Below are positions 60,587-64,000 of a stretch of DNA of 64,000 nucleotides, piece by piece. Source of the DNA: Eledone cirrhosa (taxonomy: Eukaryota); NCBI GenBank assembly GCA_964016885.1, contig OZ024743.1, forward strand, positions 269,018,001-269,082,000, in the 5' to 3' direction. Made by a program: the position numbers and the translations under genes. The number at the start of each line of letters is the position of its first letter. The stretch's first letter is position 1. The notes below the pieces were generated by a model that searched no databases, was not told where the DNA came from, and saw only the letters and a list, made by a program, of their open reading frames with translations.

Positions 60587-60605
60587 GTAAACATCTGTAT
60601 GCGTC

Positions 60606-60637
<32 letters not shown>

Positions 60638-60968
60638 GTATATATATACTATATACAGGCACACACGTGTGAGTATGTATAGTGTTGTAATAGAGACACA
60701 AAATGATATCCCCACCCCACTCTGATGGAGTAGTGTGTTCCTATACGACAACCCAGTTATTCCTCCAGTGAAGTGACATAAAGAAGCCCTGTAGTAAGTT
60801 ATTAAGGTCAATGACAACCTTTTTAGAAACCTTTCACTCATCCATCAACACAGAAAATAACAAAAGTTCATCTTATCATCATCGTCTTCGCACTCTTCTT
60901 CGTCGTCGTCAGCGTTATCATTGCCATCATCATCTTCATTATCGTCGTCGTCGTTGCCATCATCATCT

Positions 60969-61493
60969 TCGTTGTCGTCATCGTTGTTGTCATCGTTGTT
61001 GTCATCGTTGTCGTCATCGTTGTCGTCATCGTTGTTGTCATCGTTGTCGTCATCGTTGTCGTCATCGTTGTCGTCATCGTTGTTGTCATCGTTGTCGTCA
61101 TCGTTGTCGTCATCGTTGTCGTCATCGTTGTTGTCATCGTTGTTGTCATCGTTGTTGTCATCGTTGTCGTCATCGTTGTCGTCATCGTTGTCGTCATCGT
61201 TGTTGTCATCGTTGTCGTCATCGTTGTCGTCATCGTTGTCGTCATCGTTGTTGTCATCGTTGTCGTCATCGTTGTCGTCATCGTTGTCGTCATCGTTGTT
61301 GTCATCGTTGTCGTCATCGTTGTCGTCATCGTTGTTGTCATCGTTGTTGTCATCGTTGTTGTCATCGTTGTCGTCATCGTTGTCGTCATCGTTGTCGTCA
61401 TCGTTGTTGTCATCGTTGTTGTCATCGTTGTTGTCATCGTTGTCGTCATCGTTGTCGTCATCGTTGTCGTCATCGTTGTTGTCATCGTTGTCG
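60969..61493. repeat. 12-bp minisatellite (TCATCGTTGTYG)n
   Basis: Seen directly. Confidence 0.97.
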
Positions 61494-61537
61494 CTGAAAT
61501 ATTCGCCGTCACAACCATCATGATTATCATCACCATT

Positions 61538-61727
61538 GGTGGATTGGCAGTATCGGTAGAGGGTCGGACGCCATGCTTTGACGCATAGAGTTACGGCCCT
61601 TGCCATTCTGAGTTCACATCCCGCCGAGGTTAGCTTTGCTTTTCATCCTTACGGGGTCGATAAAATAAAGTACCAGTAATACACTGGGTAATTGCTGGCC
61701 TTGTGCCCAAAAGTAGAAACAATTATA
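61538..61727 (+). mobile_element. SINE A
   Basis: A/B boxes and core as above. Confidence 0.92.
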
Positions 61728-62036
61728 ATCTTTTGACGTTGTCGTCAGCATCAGCATCATCATCATCATCACTAGCATCCCATTTATCAACAACGTCCTT
61801 GTCATTATCGACATTATCAAGCGCCATTTTACTAGGGTCGTAACAACTTGAGCGATTAAACCGATTTTTTTTTTTTGCCACAGTGAGAGAGAGAGTGTGA
61901 AGAAAAGAGAGAGTATGTGTGAAGAGAAAGGTGAAGGCAAGAAAGAGACAGATGAACAATTCATCCAAGTATTGAATCAGTATTTTATTTATCGACCTCG
62001 AAAACGACAGGCAAGTTTGGCCTCGGCGAGCTTGAA

Positions 62037-62091
<55 letters not shown>

Positions 62092-62164
62092 TCTGCTTTG
62101 TATTGAGTACCTTACTTACTGTGGTTACCCCCGATTGAACCCGGGATAAACATTTATATATATG

Positions 62165-62265
<101 letters not shown>

Positions 62266-62962
62266 TAGAAGGAATACAGTTAGGTTGGCCCTTCTGTCCA
62301 ACGTGTTAAACGACTGCCAACCAATTTTCCTCCTTGTGCATGTTTAATAACAAAGATCCAGCGTTGATAAATTTACGAGGATTGTAACGCAATGTCTTTT
62401 CAGTTGGCAAATAGTTTGCCATGGATTAATTCTTGTCAGTCTTCTTCTATAGCTTGGTTTCACTTTGTGAATTACACACATACACACACAGACACTTACA
62501 CACGTGGACACATGTACATACATACATACACACACACTCACAAAGAGACACGCGCATACACGTGCACAACACACACACACACACACAAACAGACGCATAC
62601 ACAAACCCATACATACACACTCTCACCTTGGTTGACCAGTTGTGTTGCAATCTCTTCCCTTAAGACAAGTAAATAAATTGATTTGTTTGTTTTTTTGTTT
62701 TTATTGTTGCAAGCAGGGAAAAGCGGACGTAATATGATGATGATGATGATATTGTTTTTGCATGTTCTAGAGTTTTCTCCGGCTTCTAACTAATTTTAGA
62801 TATACACGTTTTTTTTTTAATTTTTATTTTAGTACATCAAATCTTTTTTGTCTAATCTTTGAGCTTGACTTTTGCTATCGTTGGTTTAGAATGGTTTGGG
62901 ATAGTCTAGGGTGGCAATGTCTAAAGATGAAATCTTCAAACCTCTGTGTGCTGCTGCTGCTG

Positions 62963-63016
<54 letters not shown>

Positions 63017-63091
63017 CATATCCCCCAAAGTGGAGGCTATTTTAGAAAAAGAATAGGTTAATCTCTCTCTCATGTATATATATATGTATGT

Positions 63092-63134
<43 letters not shown>

Positions 63135-63154
63135 ACAACAACAACAATGGAGGA

Positions 63155-63212
<58 letters not shown>

Positions 63213-63438
63213 GTGAGTATAAAACGTAGTCTGTTCTAAGCTCGGGAGCTCATTAGACCGATGCCTTCATGGTGTTCAGCGACTGGGAGTACAAACCTTC
63301 CCACCAGCATGGACACGACGTCGATCCATTGCATGCTCTTTACCCAAGCTACACTTGGTACTCATTTCAGTTGACTGGGCTGGAGCATCATGAAATGAAG
63401 TATTCTGATAAAGAACACAACGCGCCACTCGGTCCAAG

Positions 63439-63482
<44 letters not shown>

Positions 63483-63538
63483 ATATATATATCAAAATAA
63501 AGATCCGAAGGCATGGTAAAAATTTCCAATCATTTTAA

Positions 63539-63612
63539 TCACGACACATGTTTCAATAAGAGATAGATCGATCGTGTAGCCATGATCGATTATCACTGAT
63601 CTCGTCAGGTGA
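63539..63612 (-). ncRNA. Type I hammerhead ribozyme with long stem II
   Basis: Minus: UCAC CUGACGA GAU C AG U GAUA AUCGAUC..GAUCGAU C UAUC U CU U AUU GAAAC AUGU GUC GUGA; inverted partial copy at ~63638-63696. Confidence 0.82.
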
Positions 63613-63835
63613 AAATGAATTGTCTTCAAATCCTTGAATGTGTCGTGATTAAAATGATTGGAAATTTATACCACGCCTTCGGATCTTTATTTTGATACAA
63701 ATACTCCGTTTTACATCACCTAGCTGTTCCCATAAATGGAATTGGAGATATACAAAAGCGTGGAGAACTTAATATTGGTAACAAACATTTTATTGGACCG
63801 TTTGACACAACCAATAATACACCCCTTACTATATA

Positions 63836-63925
<90 letters not shown>

Positions 63926-64000
63926 CGTGGTTATAGGGAATATTCGCCCTAAACTCGTTTCCTCACAATTACTCTCTCAAAGAGATATGGTTTGCACGTG

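Noticed and set aside
60811-61606. Asp-, Ser-, Thr- and Cys/Arg/His-rich ORFs
   Set aside because: 12-bp minisatellite open in several frames and running into a SINE

Overview
AT-rich, repeat-saturated eukaryotic DNA whose SINE, RTE and microsatellite content resembles an octopod cephalopod genome (inference). No intact host protein-coding gene is supported; almost all ORF-track entries are microsatellite read-throughs. The window holds many tRNA-derived SINEs (at least 3 families), RTE LINE fragments, a decayed L1/Tx1-like LINE, several MITE families, minisatellites and long (TA)n tracts. The main hidden signal is about 17 intact or near-intact type I hammerhead ribozyme (HHR) motifs plus about 15 decayed or half copies, from roughly ten sequence families. 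They typically sit beside (TA)n tracts, often as fold-back inverted duplications, and one abuts a Penelope-like reverse transcriptase fragment (50048-50234). They show covarying stems, palindromic short stem III, and recurrent non-canonical features: a C.C mismatch at stem II pair 4, U.U or C.A closure of stem II, and a CAGAAGA (U4A) core. All folds were done by eye; catalytic activity is untested.
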